NCBI GenBank assembly: GCA_910588545.1
Contig: CAJUOU010000001.1
Coordinates: forward strand, 308,357 to 372,356
Direction: 5' to 3'
DNA: 64,000 bases
Origin: an uncultured Christensenellaceae bacterium
GTDB taxonomy: Bacteria > Bacillota > Clostridia > Christensenellales > UBA3700
The notes under the pieces are model-generated. The model was not told the DNA's origin, ran no database searches, and worked only from the letters and a program-made list of their open reading frames with translations. Positions 30,320 to 38,363 of the stretch are shown piece by piece; position 1 is the stretch's first letter; each line of letters opens with the position of its first letter. Both the position numbers and the translations under genes were made by a program.

Positions 30320-31156
30320 ATGTTAAAATTTGCAGAGAATCTAAAATTTTATAGAAAATCTATATCTGTAACTCAATCTGTTTTTGCTGACATTCTTAAT
30401 GAAAAGCTAAAGGAGATGGGACTTACTATAGATTACAATAATAAAAGCATAAGCATGTGGGAAAAAGGGGATAGATTTCCTGATAGCCCGCTTGTTTGGA
30501 TTGCTCTTGCAAACATTATGAATGTATCTCTTGACGATATGATGAAAAGCGATATTTCTCAAATAGGCAATGTTATTAACAGTAGCGAGAACGATTTGCA
30601 AACTGAGCTTTGCAACAGTTATTTGAAAGCTACTTGTGTAGGCGATTATTCTACTTTTAGCTCAAAATCGGTACATTGTGCTGTGGATGAGTATTTAGGT
30701 GGAGATTTGTACCATGGTATGTTTTATGTGCTAAGCAGCGTAAAATCATTAAATGGTTATTTCCAAAAATACAATATCGAAAATGCAAAAGTAACCTCCG
30801 ACTATATCAAAAATTTAAGCAGGATTCAGTTTTGCAACGAAAGAAGCTTTGTTCGTGATATTATCGATAACGGCGGTAGGGATGTAGTTGTTACAACCGA
30901 ACAAATCTCTAATGTGTGGGAAGGTTTTTTTGAATGTCTTGGAAATGTAGAAGAGTACAACACAATGACTTTCTACGACGAAGATAAAAACCATATAATT
31001 ACCATTGTGGAATATAATATGCACATTTCAAAAGACAATTTTGCAGCATCCTTTAATGAAAGCGGAAGAGACTTGGATAAAGTTATTATGAACACTATTT
31101 GTCAAAATAAAAAATTCCATTTGGGTGTAAGAATGGCAAAGGAATTAATTAAATAA
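30320..31156 (+). CDS. XRE-family HTH protein with an uncharacterised ~200-aa C-terminal domain
   Basis: N-terminal HTH_3 pattern (LKFYRKSISVTQSVFADIL...ISMWEKGDRFP). I do not recognise the C-terminal region. Confidence 0.7.
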   Translation: MLKFAENLKFYRKSISVTQSVFADILNEKLKEMGLTIDYNNKSISMWEKGDRFPDSPLVWIALANIMNVSLDDMMKSDISQIGNVINSSENDLQTELCNSYLKATCVGDYSTFSSKSVHCAVDEYLGGDLYHGMFYVLSSVKSLNGYFQKYNIENAKVTSDYIKNLSRIQFCNERSFVRDIIDNGGRDVVVTTEQISNVWEGFFECLGNVEEYNTMTFYDEDKNHIITIVEYNMHISKDNFAASFNESGRDLDKVIMNTICQNKKFHLGVRMAKELIK

Positions 31157-31174
31157 TAAGTTTTTTAAAATAAT

Positions 31175-31208
31175 AAAAACGGCACTCATTTATTGAGTGC
31201 TGTTTTTT
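31175..31208. terminator. bidirectional intrinsic terminator
   Basis: Stem GCACTCA/TGAGTGC extended by flanking pairs, with an A-run 5' and a T-run 3'. Confidence 0.8.
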
Positions 31209-31231
31209 CGTTTAATGATAAAAAAATATAA

Positions 31232-31684
31232 TTACTTTTTTAAATTTTTAGTTAAAATAATCATATCTGTAAGCAGTTTGCCATTTTCTATAATAGGGTG
31301 GTCATAATTATTAGTAAAAAAGTTTTTTATAATGTGCGATTTTTTAAAACCGCATTTTTCGTAAAAGGGAAGTGTCAAAGGACTATCTCCCGTACCTACT
31401 TGGATTTGCAAAAAACTATCTTTATATTTTTGACATACGTATTCGACTAATCGCTTTCCGTATCCGCAATGTTGATAGGGCGCTAATACTGCCAAATTTT
31501 TTATTTCCAAAACTCCGTTCCCCAAATCTAACACTGTGATTTCGCCTTTTACGCCGTTATCGTCTAGTATGTACATGGTGCTGTTTTGTAGATATTTTTC
31601 CACCATTTCCCACTGTTCGTCGGCAAGTAAAAGCAAATCTTTATATTGTAACTTGTCGGTTATTTTATAAATGTATGGTTGCAT
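31232..31684 (-). CDS. GNAT-family N-acetyltransferase
   Basis: Acetyl-CoA motif QHCGYGKRLVEY. Start lies 1 nt from the folA stop. Confidence 0.8.
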   Translation of the reverse strand: MQPYIYKITDKLQYKDLLLLADEQWEMVEKYLQNSTMYILDDNGVKGEITVLDLGNGVLEIKNLAVLAPYQHCGYGKRLVEYVCQKYKDSFLQIQVGTGDSPLTLPFYEKCGFKKSHIIKNFFTNNYDHPIIENGKLLTDMIILTKNLKK

Positions 31685-31685
31685 T

Positions 31686-32195
31686 TTAGTTTTGTTGGTA
31701 AATTAATATTTTGGTATTTTTGTAAGTAGTAAATTTTATCGTATAGCCGTTTGTAACTATAGGCTCACTTTCGTAAATCAAATTAAAATCATTATTTTCG
31801 TCAAGGTTTTCAAAAAAAGTATCTGCACCGCCTACCGCATCAACTTTTGTTACCAAAACTTCGCTGCAATAAGGCAGTAGCATTTTGTAAATGCTTGAGC
31901 CACCTATTATATAAATGTCGTCGGAGTTATATTTGCTTAAAACATTAAATAATTGGTCTAAAGATTTTACAAAAATACAGTCATCACGAGTATTTTCGCT
32001 ACGTGACAAAACAATATTTATCCTGTTTTTAAGAGGCTTGCCGTTAGGGAAAGATTTTAAGGTATTATTTCCCATAACAACAATTTTATTTAATGTTGTT
32101 TCACGAAAAAATTTCATATCTAGTGGTATAGAAAACATTAAATCGTTATTTTTACCTATTCCCCATTGTTTATCTGCGTGTAAAATTGCTTTCAT
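31686..32195 (-). CDS. folA: dihydrofolate reductase
   Basis: WGIGKNNDLMFSIP..DMKFFRETT...VVMGNNT...IIGGSSIY motifs. Confidence 0.93.
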   Translation of the reverse strand: MKAILHADKQWGIGKNNDLMFSIPLDMKFFRETTLNKIVVMGNNTLKSFPNGKPLKNRINIVLSRSENTRDDCIFVKSLDQLFNVLSKYNSDDIYIIGGSSIYKMLLPYCSEVLVTKVDAVGGADTFFENLDENNDFNLIYESEPIVTNGYTIKFTTYKNTKILIYQQN

Positions 32196-32203
32196 TTAAA
32201 CTC

Positions 32204-33034
32204 CTATTCCGCTACCGGAATGTCAAATTTTTTGTCGTTGCATTTGTAGTCCACAAGTTTGAAACTATCTACAGTAAAGTCATAGAAATTTGTAATACTT
32301 GTATCAACTTCCAATTTTGGGGCAGTAAATTGCTTTTCTTTTATAATTTCTTCTACCATAGGTATATGTCTATCATAAATATGAGCATCCGCAATAACGT
32401 GAACAAGTTCTCCTACTTTTAATCCCGACACTTGCGCAAACATTATCATTAATATAGCATACTGAACGACGTTCCAATTATTTGCGGTAAGCATATCGTT
32501 TGAGCGTTGATTAAGTATACCATTTAAAGTGTCGCCTGAAACATTGAAAGTCATCGAATATGCACAAGGATACAAGTTCATTTCGTGTAAATCGGCAAAA
32601 TTGTAAATATTTGTCATTATCCTACGGCTAGACGGATTGTTTTTTAAATCAAAAAGTACTCTGTCAACTTGGTCAAACTCGCCCTCGCGGTAAATATGTT
32701 TAACCCCTAGTTGATAGCCGTATGCTTTGCCGATAGAGCCGTTTTCGTCTGCCCATTGATTCCAAATTTTTGACTTTAAATCTTTTATGTTGTTGCTCTT
32801 TTTTTGCCATATCCATAAAAGTTCGTCCACACAAGACTTAAAATAAGTTTTTCTTATTGTCAAAATAGGAAATTCTTTGCTCAAATCGTATCTATTTACT
32901 ATTCCGAATTTTTTTACTGTATGTGCAGGTGTTCCGTCACTCCACTTTGGACGAACGGGTAGGTCGGTATCCCAAACACCGTTTTCCATAATATCTTTCA
33001 TATTTTTTACAAATATTTCGTCAGCTTTACTCAT
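32204..33034 (-). CDS. thyA: thymidylate synthase (ThyA type)
   Basis: RRIMTNIYN, LYPCAYSMTF (catalytic Cys) and NQRSNDM motifs. Confidence 0.96.
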   Translation of the reverse strand: MSKADEIFVKNMKDIMENGVWDTDLPVRPKWSDGTPAHTVKKFGIVNRYDLSKEFPILTIRKTYFKSCVDELLWIWQKKSNNIKDLKSKIWNQWADENGSIGKAYGYQLGVKHIYREGEFDQVDRVLFDLKNNPSSRRIMTNIYNFADLHEMNLYPCAYSMTFNVSGDTLNGILNQRSNDMLTANNWNVVQYAILMIMFAQVSGLKVGELVHVIADAHIYDRHIPMVEEIIKEKQFTAPKLEVDTSITNFYDFTVDSFKLVDYKCNDKKFDIPVAE

Positions 33035-33059
33035 ATTAACTCCTTATTTTGTACTTAGT

Positions 33060-33647
33060 TTATTGATGTTTCTTCCAAACGCAATCGGTTATTTCCATTT
33101 GAGTAAATGTAGCTTTAAAGGAAGATTGTTCGGGAGAACAAGCGTATATTCCAAAATTAATTGTTTGGGCTCCCTTTGCTAAATGGCAAATTCTCATTTG
33201 TTTAAAATCTATTCCGTTATAGGAAAATTCTATCAAATAATCGGATTCCCTGCGGCTTAATCTATACCAAACAGACTTGATATCTGCGGGGATATCCGTT
33301 GTTGCCCAATCAGAATATCCATAGTTGGTTACAACACTTCCCAATCGTTGAAAACTATTGTTTTCATATTCTACGGAAGCCTTTAACCAATTTTCGCTGT
33401 CAAGATAAATTACAATTCCGCATTGGTCAAACCTTGTTTTGCTATCAAACTCGGTTTTTACGACAAATGAAAAATATTTTTCAGTTGTTGCCGTTTGTAG
33501 TACAGGGGCATTGTCATTTTGAAAACCATAGTAAGTCCTTTGCCATAAATCGGTATTAGGCAATGTGATAATTTCAATTTTGTTATCGGTAATTAAAAAA
33601 TTTTCAGGTTGCCTTATCCAAAACAATTTGGATGCATCTATTTTCAT
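33060..33647 (-). CDS. DUF1349 (concanavalin-like) family protein
   Basis: WIRQP...DLWQRTYYGF...DQCGIVIYLD...W pattern as I remember it for DUF1349. Start moved to ATG at 33647 (AAAGGAGAAATT upstream). Confidence 0.7.
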   Translation of the reverse strand: MKIDASKLFWIRQPENFLITDNKIEIITLPNTDLWQRTYYGFQNDNAPVLQTATTEKYFSFVVKTEFDSKTRFDQCGIVIYLDSENWLKASVEYENNSFQRLGSVVTNYGYSDWATTDIPADIKSVWYRLSRRESDYLIEFSYNGIDFKQMRICHLAKGAQTINFGIYACSPEQSSFKATFTQMEITDCVWKKHQ

Positions 33648-33869
33648 AATTTCTCCTTTATTTGATTTTAACATTTTTTTATCAAATCCGCAAGTAAATA
33701 CTTATATAATTTAAAAGCTTGAATGGGATGTAAAATATATATTTATTTTACCATATAAAACATTATTTGATATAATATTTTAGGCAGAATAAAATAATTG
33801 CTTGTTGATAATGGTGTTTACTATATCTTAAATACTGAATTTAATATAAAAATTAATTATGTTTTGCTT

Positions 33870-34874
33870 CTACGAAAATATTAAAGAAAATTTTTCAGAC
33901 ATTCGCCCTACGAGTTGCCATTGTCTTTCCATATATTTTTTTGTTGAAGATATATAGTTTTTATAGTCCTCAATCGCATTTGTTTTGTTGTTAATGTTGT
34001 TGATAATTGCAAGAGCAGCAGAGTATCCGCTTTCCAAAGCACAAGATATACCTTCTCCCATAGGGTTTAAAAAGCCTGCATTTTCTCCTGCTTTCAAAAT
34101 GCGACCGTTGCCGTAGTCTATGTGGAATGTAGGTTGTATGTTTTTGATTATCCATTTATCCGTTTTTATTTGCTTATCTATTGCAAGACCGTGATTTTTT
34201 GTCATATAAGCAATAAAATTATCATAATATTGTGATATTTCATTTGCGTTTGTTGTCGATATGCCTAGTACAAGCATATCGTCTTTTACATTAAACCAAG
34301 CATCGTATCCGGACAATTCGGGCTGTAAATAAGCATAAAAATAGTGGAAATCTAAATTGATTTTTCCTGTGTTATATGTTTGATAGGTTATTATGTTATT
34401 CGCAAATTGCTTGCCAATACCAACAGCACCCGAGCAGTCTACCGCAAACTTTGCATATTCTATTTTGTCTTTTAAATGTACGCAAACTTGTCCGTCTTTT
34501 TCTTTTATATCGGTTACTGCACACTCGTCCTTTATCTGCACGCCGCTTTCTTTTGCAAGTGATGCAAGCCAATAATCAAATTTGTCACGCCATATATTTA
34601 AACCGCGACTCTCAAATTTATATTCTTTGCCTATATCATCGGTAAAAATCATGCCGTGGTTGTCTATTGGAGTGCAGGTAACTGTATTAGGGACGCTAAC
34701 CCCAAAGTGCTTTTCTATAAAATTTAATGTCTTTTCAATTAATACCCCTGAGCAACTTTTGTATCTAGGTAATTTACTTTTTTCCAATAGCAAAACTTTA
34801 AGCCCACTTTTGGCAAGGGTAATTGCAGTTGCACAGCCGCAGGGACCCGCGCCTATTACAATAACATCGTACAT
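33870..34874 (-). CDS. FAD-dependent oxidoreductase (geranylgeranyl-reductase-like)
   Basis: N-terminal Rossmann motif YDVIVIGAGPCGCATAITLAKSGLKVLLLEK. Confidence 0.75.
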   Translation of the reverse strand: MYDVIVIGAGPCGCATAITLAKSGLKVLLLEKSKLPRYKSCSGVLIEKTLNFIEKHFGVSVPNTVTCTPIDNHGMIFTDDIGKEYKFESRGLNIWRDKFDYWLASLAKESGVQIKDECAVTDIKEKDGQVCVHLKDKIEYAKFAVDCSGAVGIGKQFANNIITYQTYNTGKINLDFHYFYAYLQPELSGYDAWFNVKDDMLVLGISTTNANEISQYYDNFIAYMTKNHGLAIDKQIKTDKWIIKNIQPTFHIDYGNGRILKAGENAGFLNPMGEGISCALESGYSAALAIINNINNKTNAIEDYKNYISSTKKYMERQWQLVGRMSEKFSLIFS

Positions 34875-35021
34875 ATTATTTCCTTTGTTGTCTTTTATAT
34901 TGTTATATAAATCAATTATATCATTTTACATATTAAAAAGCAATGGAAATTTTTTAATATCATTTACATTAATAAATTTTGTTAGAAATGGAATTAGTGA
35001 TAAGTTTTTTTTTCTTAAATT

Positions 35022-35051
35022 AAACAAAAAACAAGGGAATAAATCCCTTGT
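35022..35051 (-). terminator. intrinsic terminator downstream of tRNA-Ser(GCU)
   Basis: 8-bp stem ACAAGGGA/TCCCTTGT. On the minus strand it is followed by UUUUUGUUU. Confidence 0.7.
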
Positions 35052-35115
35052 TTAAAGGCATATCACAAATTTAAGCAAAGATGTAAAAAGCAGTGATGAG
35101 ATAAACTTATGATAT

Positions 35116-35206
35116 TGGCGGAGAAAGAGGGATTTGAACCCTCGCTACGGTTACCCGTACTACTCCCTTAGCAGGGGAGCCCCTTCGGCCTCTTGGGTAT
35201 TTCTCC
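35116..35206 (-). tRNA. tRNA-Ser (anticodon GCU), CCA encoded
   Basis: Minus strand reads GGAGAAA..CTCCC-CTGCTAA-GGGAG..long variable arm..GGTTCAAATCC..TTTCTCCGCCA. Folds by eye into a class II cloverleaf. Confidence 0.9.
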
Positions 35207-35217
35207 ATTGCCTACTT

Positions 35218-35246
35218 ATAATAACATAAAAAATTAGGTTTGTCAA
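35218..35246 (-). promoter_or_regulatory. sigma-A-like promoter of tRNA-Ser(GCU)
   Basis: Minus strand: TTGACA (35246-35241), 17-nt spacer, TATTAT (35223-35218), about 11 nt before the tRNA 5' end. Confidence 0.6.
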
Positions 35247-35542
35247 AACATTTTTTATATATTTTACAATAATTTTAATATTGGCGTAGTTTTTAATTTT
35301 TTATTGTTCAAGTCTTTTTTAAATTGCACAATTTTTGATATTTTTTGTATAATTAAAAATAAATTTTGTTATGTATTTGCTTTATCAATTTTCAGTTTAT
35401 ATGACTTAAATATCACTTTTTTAATGATTTTAAAAATAATTTCGAGTTAAATTATGTGTTGTAGCAACCAAATATCTATTTTCACACGTAAAAAATTTTA
35501 AGCATAAAATGATATTGAAATTAAATCGGAGGGATTTTTGCA

Positions 35543-36604
35543 ATGGCTTATGCAGAAAATTTTTACATAGGAGCTAATGATGAACACGGTGTAAACCCGC
35601 CTACAGCAGGCAAGCGTACACCGATAATGCCGTATGTCAATAGAAGTTTTTACGAAAATGAATTTAACAGACCTGCAAAATATTATTTTTTGATTGCGTG
35701 TTTACGCACAGGTTTTAATGTATATGATATTAAACCGGAATTAAATGATATATCTATTAACCAAAGGGTTATAAGGACGAATAGACAAAATTTAACCTGT
35801 TTGGTAACTTATGCGTACAACGCTTATGGTAATGATTTGGCATTTAATCAAACAAATGGGTATTTGGTTTTTTATTCGGACGAAAATAGATTTAATGCCT
35901 TAAGCAAATTACTTGCGTACGATGTTTCCGCAGGATTGGATGAGGAGTTAACTACACGCAATTTAGGAATCGGTACTTTGAGTAGGATAGGGATGTTGGG
36001 CAGTGTAAATTGTCCTGCCGTTGTTACTGAATGTGGGTTTATGACTAATTTTAACGAGGCAAAACTTATGATGGACCCGGATTTCCAAAAAGCTTGCGGC
36101 AATGGCGGTGCGATTGGTGTTTCGAACAACTTAAAAGTTAATTATGTAGCAGATATGAGCTACTTGCAAATGCCTACATTAAGGTATGGTAACAGAGGAA
36201 ATATCGTTAAATTTTTGCAATGTTATTTAAATTTGTATGGCAATAGTTTGACTGTTGACGGAATTTTTGGCAGTGGTACTCAAAATGCTGTAAGAAAATT
36301 TCAACAAGATAACAGCTTAGCGGTAGACGGAATTGTCGGCAGAAACACATGGCGTACACTTATGATGCAAGATAGTTTACCATTATTAAGACGTGGCAGT
36401 CGCGGTGTTTATGTGCGTTATTTGCAACAAAAATTGGTTGCAAAGCTTTATCCTGCGGGTACTGCGGACGGAATATTCGGAGCAAATACCGAAAATGCTG
36501 TAAGGCAATTTCAACAAGAAAACGGGTTGGCAGCAGATGGTATTGTTGGACCTTTAACTTGGGGCAAACTTACTCCGATAGGTGGCGGTAGGGAAAAACC
36601 TTGA
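35543..36604 (+). CDS. N-acetylmuramoyl-L-alanine amidase (Amidase_3-like) with two PG_binding_1 repeats, no signal peptide
   Basis: VVTECGFMTNFNEAKLM signature. Two copies of the LxxGxxGxxVxxLQ...VDGIFGxxTxxAVxxFQ...DGIVGxxTW repeat. GGAGGG RBS. Confidence 0.8.
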   Translation: MAYAENFYIGANDEHGVNPPTAGKRTPIMPYVNRSFYENEFNRPAKYYFLIACLRTGFNVYDIKPELNDISINQRVIRTNRQNLTCLVTYAYNAYGNDLAFNQTNGYLVFYSDENRFNALSKLLAYDVSAGLDEELTTRNLGIGTLSRIGMLGSVNCPAVVTECGFMTNFNEAKLMMDPDFQKACGNGGAIGVSNNLKVNYVADMSYLQMPTLRYGNRGNIVKFLQCYLNLYGNSLTVDGIFGSGTQNAVRKFQQDNSLAVDGIVGRNTWRTLMMQDSLPLLRRGSRGVYVRYLQQKLVAKLYPAGTADGIFGANTENAVRQFQQENGLAADGIVGPLTWGKLTPIGGGREKP

Positions 36605-36625
36605 TATCTATTAATGCCTATTAAT

Positions 36626-36663
36626 AAAAATAAAGCGTGGCGATGCTAACGCTTTATTTTTTG
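36626..36663 (+). terminator. intrinsic terminator after the amidase gene
   Basis: 9-bp stem ATAAAGCGT/ACGCTTTAT followed by T6. Confidence 0.75.
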
Positions 36664-36774
36664 CATTAATTATATCACAATCAAAAATTTAATTAAAAAT
36701 TGTTAAATAAAGCGTGTTAAAGTTAAAAAATTGTAATAAAAATCAAATTACACAATGTTAATTAAACAGTTTGC

Positions 36775-36803
36775 TTGCATTTATAAATTTTATGTGATAT
36801 ACT
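36775..36803 (+). promoter_or_regulatory. sigma-A-like promoter of tRNA-Ser(CGA)
   Basis: TTGCAT at 36775-36780, 17-nt spacer, TATACT at 36798-36803. Confidence 0.55.
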
Positions 36804-36820
36804 TGTTAAGTAAATTATAT

Positions 36821-36909
36821 GGAAGCGTATCGAAGTGGTCATAACGAGCCGCACTCGAAATGCGGTTATCCAACAGGATACATGAGTTCGAATCTCATCG
36901 CTTCCGCCA
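36821..36909 (+). tRNA. tRNA-Ser (anticodon CGA), CCA encoded
   Basis: GGAAGCG..CCGCA-CTCGAAA-TGCGG..long variable arm..GAGTTCGAATCTCAT-CGCTTCC-GCCA. Confidence 0.9.
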
Positions 36910-36919
36910 AAAGCGAACT

Positions 36920-36959
36920 GTACGAACACACGTCAAAGTGAGTTCGTACTTTTCCTTTT
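36920..36959 (+). terminator. probable terminator after tRNA-Ser(CGA)
   Basis: Stem GTACGAAC/GTTCGTAC with a 14-nt loop, followed by TTTTCCTTTT. Confidence 0.5.
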
Positions 36960-37117
36960 ATATGAATGTTTTGGCGTGCGAATACCCATTAAAGACATAT
37001 TGCCAAAACCGCCTGTTCCTACGGCGTGGCAAACGCAAAAGCGTGATGAACAAGGCAATTTTACCAAATAAAACAAAAGGCACTTCGGAAAACATCTTGG
37101 AGTGCCTTACGATTTGC

Positions 37118-37146
37118 TTGATTAAATATTTTGTTTTTGCTATAAT
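37118..37146 (+). promoter_or_regulatory. sigma-A-like promoter of the GNAT gene
   Basis: TTGATT at 37118-37123, 17-nt spacer, TGcTATAAT at 37138-37146. Confidence 0.55.
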
Positions 37147-37207
37147 AATTGTACGATAAACAGTAATCGCTTGCGATTATAAACAGGAATTTAGCGGAGG
37201 AATATAT

Positions 37208-37681
37208 ATGAAAATTCGGAAAATGCAACGAGACGAATATCCATTGTTAGAGAATTTTCTATATGAGGCTATCTTTATTCCAAATGGAGTTGAGCCGCCG
37301 CCAAAATCAATAATTTATAGTCCCGAATTGCAAGTTTATATTTCGGAGTTTGGAACAAGCAAGCACGATATTGCTTTTGTCGCAGATTTAGACGGGAAAA
37401 TTGTCGGGGCAGTTTGGGTTAGAATTATGAACGACTATGGACATATTGACGATAACACCCCGTCATTTGCAATTTCTCTTTATAAAGAATATCGCAGAAA
37501 AGGCATAGGCACTGCATTGATGGAAGAAATGCTAACCACTCTTAAAGCGCGTGGGTATGAACAGGCGTCTTTATCTGTGCAAAAGGAAAATTACGCAGCC
37601 AAAATGTATAAAAGGTTAGGCTTTCAAATTATAGAAGAAACCGAAGAAGAATATTTAATGTTGAAAAAGTTGAGCGAATAA
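37208..37681 (+). CDS. GNAT-family N-acetyltransferase
   Basis: Acetyl-CoA motif YRRKGIGTALMEEM. GGAGG RBS. Visibly richer in G+C than the flanking DNA. Confidence 0.85.
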   Translation: MKIRKMQRDEYPLLENFLYEAIFIPNGVEPPPKSIIYSPELQVYISEFGTSKHDIAFVADLDGKIVGAVWVRIMNDYGHIDDNTPSFAISLYKEYRRKGIGTALMEEMLTTLKARGYEQASLSVQKENYAAKMYKRLGFQIIEETEEEYLMLKKLSE

Positions 37682-37703
37682 ATTCCAATTTAGCGTCGAA
37701 TGC

Positions 37704-37737
37704 CTGATTATACTAACTGTATTATCAGTCATTTTTT
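37704..37737 (+). terminator. intrinsic terminator after the GNAT gene
   Basis: Stem CTGATTATAC/GTATTATCAG (one mismatch), then TCATTTTTT. Confidence 0.65.
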
Positions 37738-37885
37738 GTGCCGAGCGACTACTTTTTGTAGTTCGGGAGTCTCCGTGATTGTGCCTCTATGGGCGGTTCT
37801 TACGACACACATTGTCGCCCGCCAATATCACAATTTTTAATTCTTAAATAATGTGCAGCATAGTTTAAAGTTGTGATAAGCCTAT

Positions 37886-37911
37886 AAACAAGGAATTAAT
37901 TCCTTGTTTTT
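37886..37911 (+). terminator. intrinsic terminator-like hairpin in a non-coding spacer
   Basis: Palindrome AAACAAGGAATT/AATTCCTTGTTT followed by a T-run. Confidence 0.6.
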
Positions 37912-38128
37912 ATGTAAATTTTATTATTCTGCTTAATGTTATTTAATATTTTAAGATGTTTGAACAATTCGAAAGAAACGCTTGCTTTAGTTCTAATTTA
38001 AAAATCATATTTAACATAAACAGGTATGTTTTCATCCTTTTTGCGTTTTTATAAAAAATAATTTATCTGTTAAGTAGTTGTGACCATTTGTTTTTATTAT
38101 TTTATAAAAATGTTCATATTGTGCAAAA

Positions 38129-38160
38129 AGTGTCAGAAAAAGTATACTTTTTCTGACACT
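38129..38160. repeat. 32-bp perfect palindrome AGTGTCAGAAAAAGTA|TACTTTTTCTGACACT
   Basis: Checked base by base against its reverse complement. Confidence 0.95.
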
Positions 38161-38266
38161 ATTGATTTTTAAATGTTTCATAAATTTTAGTTATAAATCT
38201 ATCAATTTTTATTTTTTTATTAGATTAATTATACAAAATTAACAAAGATTTGTCAAGTGATTTGGC

Positions 38267-38292
38267 GTCAGAAAAAGTATACCTTTTCTGAC
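38267..38292. repeat. second copy of the palindrome (GTCAGAAAAAGTATACCTTTTCTGAC, one arm mismatch)
   Basis: Centre lies about 135 bp from the first copy and about 85 bp upstream of the lipoprotein start. Confidence 0.9.
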
Positions 38293-38363
38293 ATATAAAG
38301 GCATAATGACGGTTTTAATTTGAAATTTTATCAATAAATACTAATAGGTTAAAAGGAGTTTTT

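Noticed and set aside
36860-37159. A 99-aa ORF starting inside tRNA-Ser(CGA).
   Set aside because: It overlaps the tRNA and its terminator, has no RBS, and its translation looks non-protein-like. The GC-richer DNA here is more likely relic sequence.
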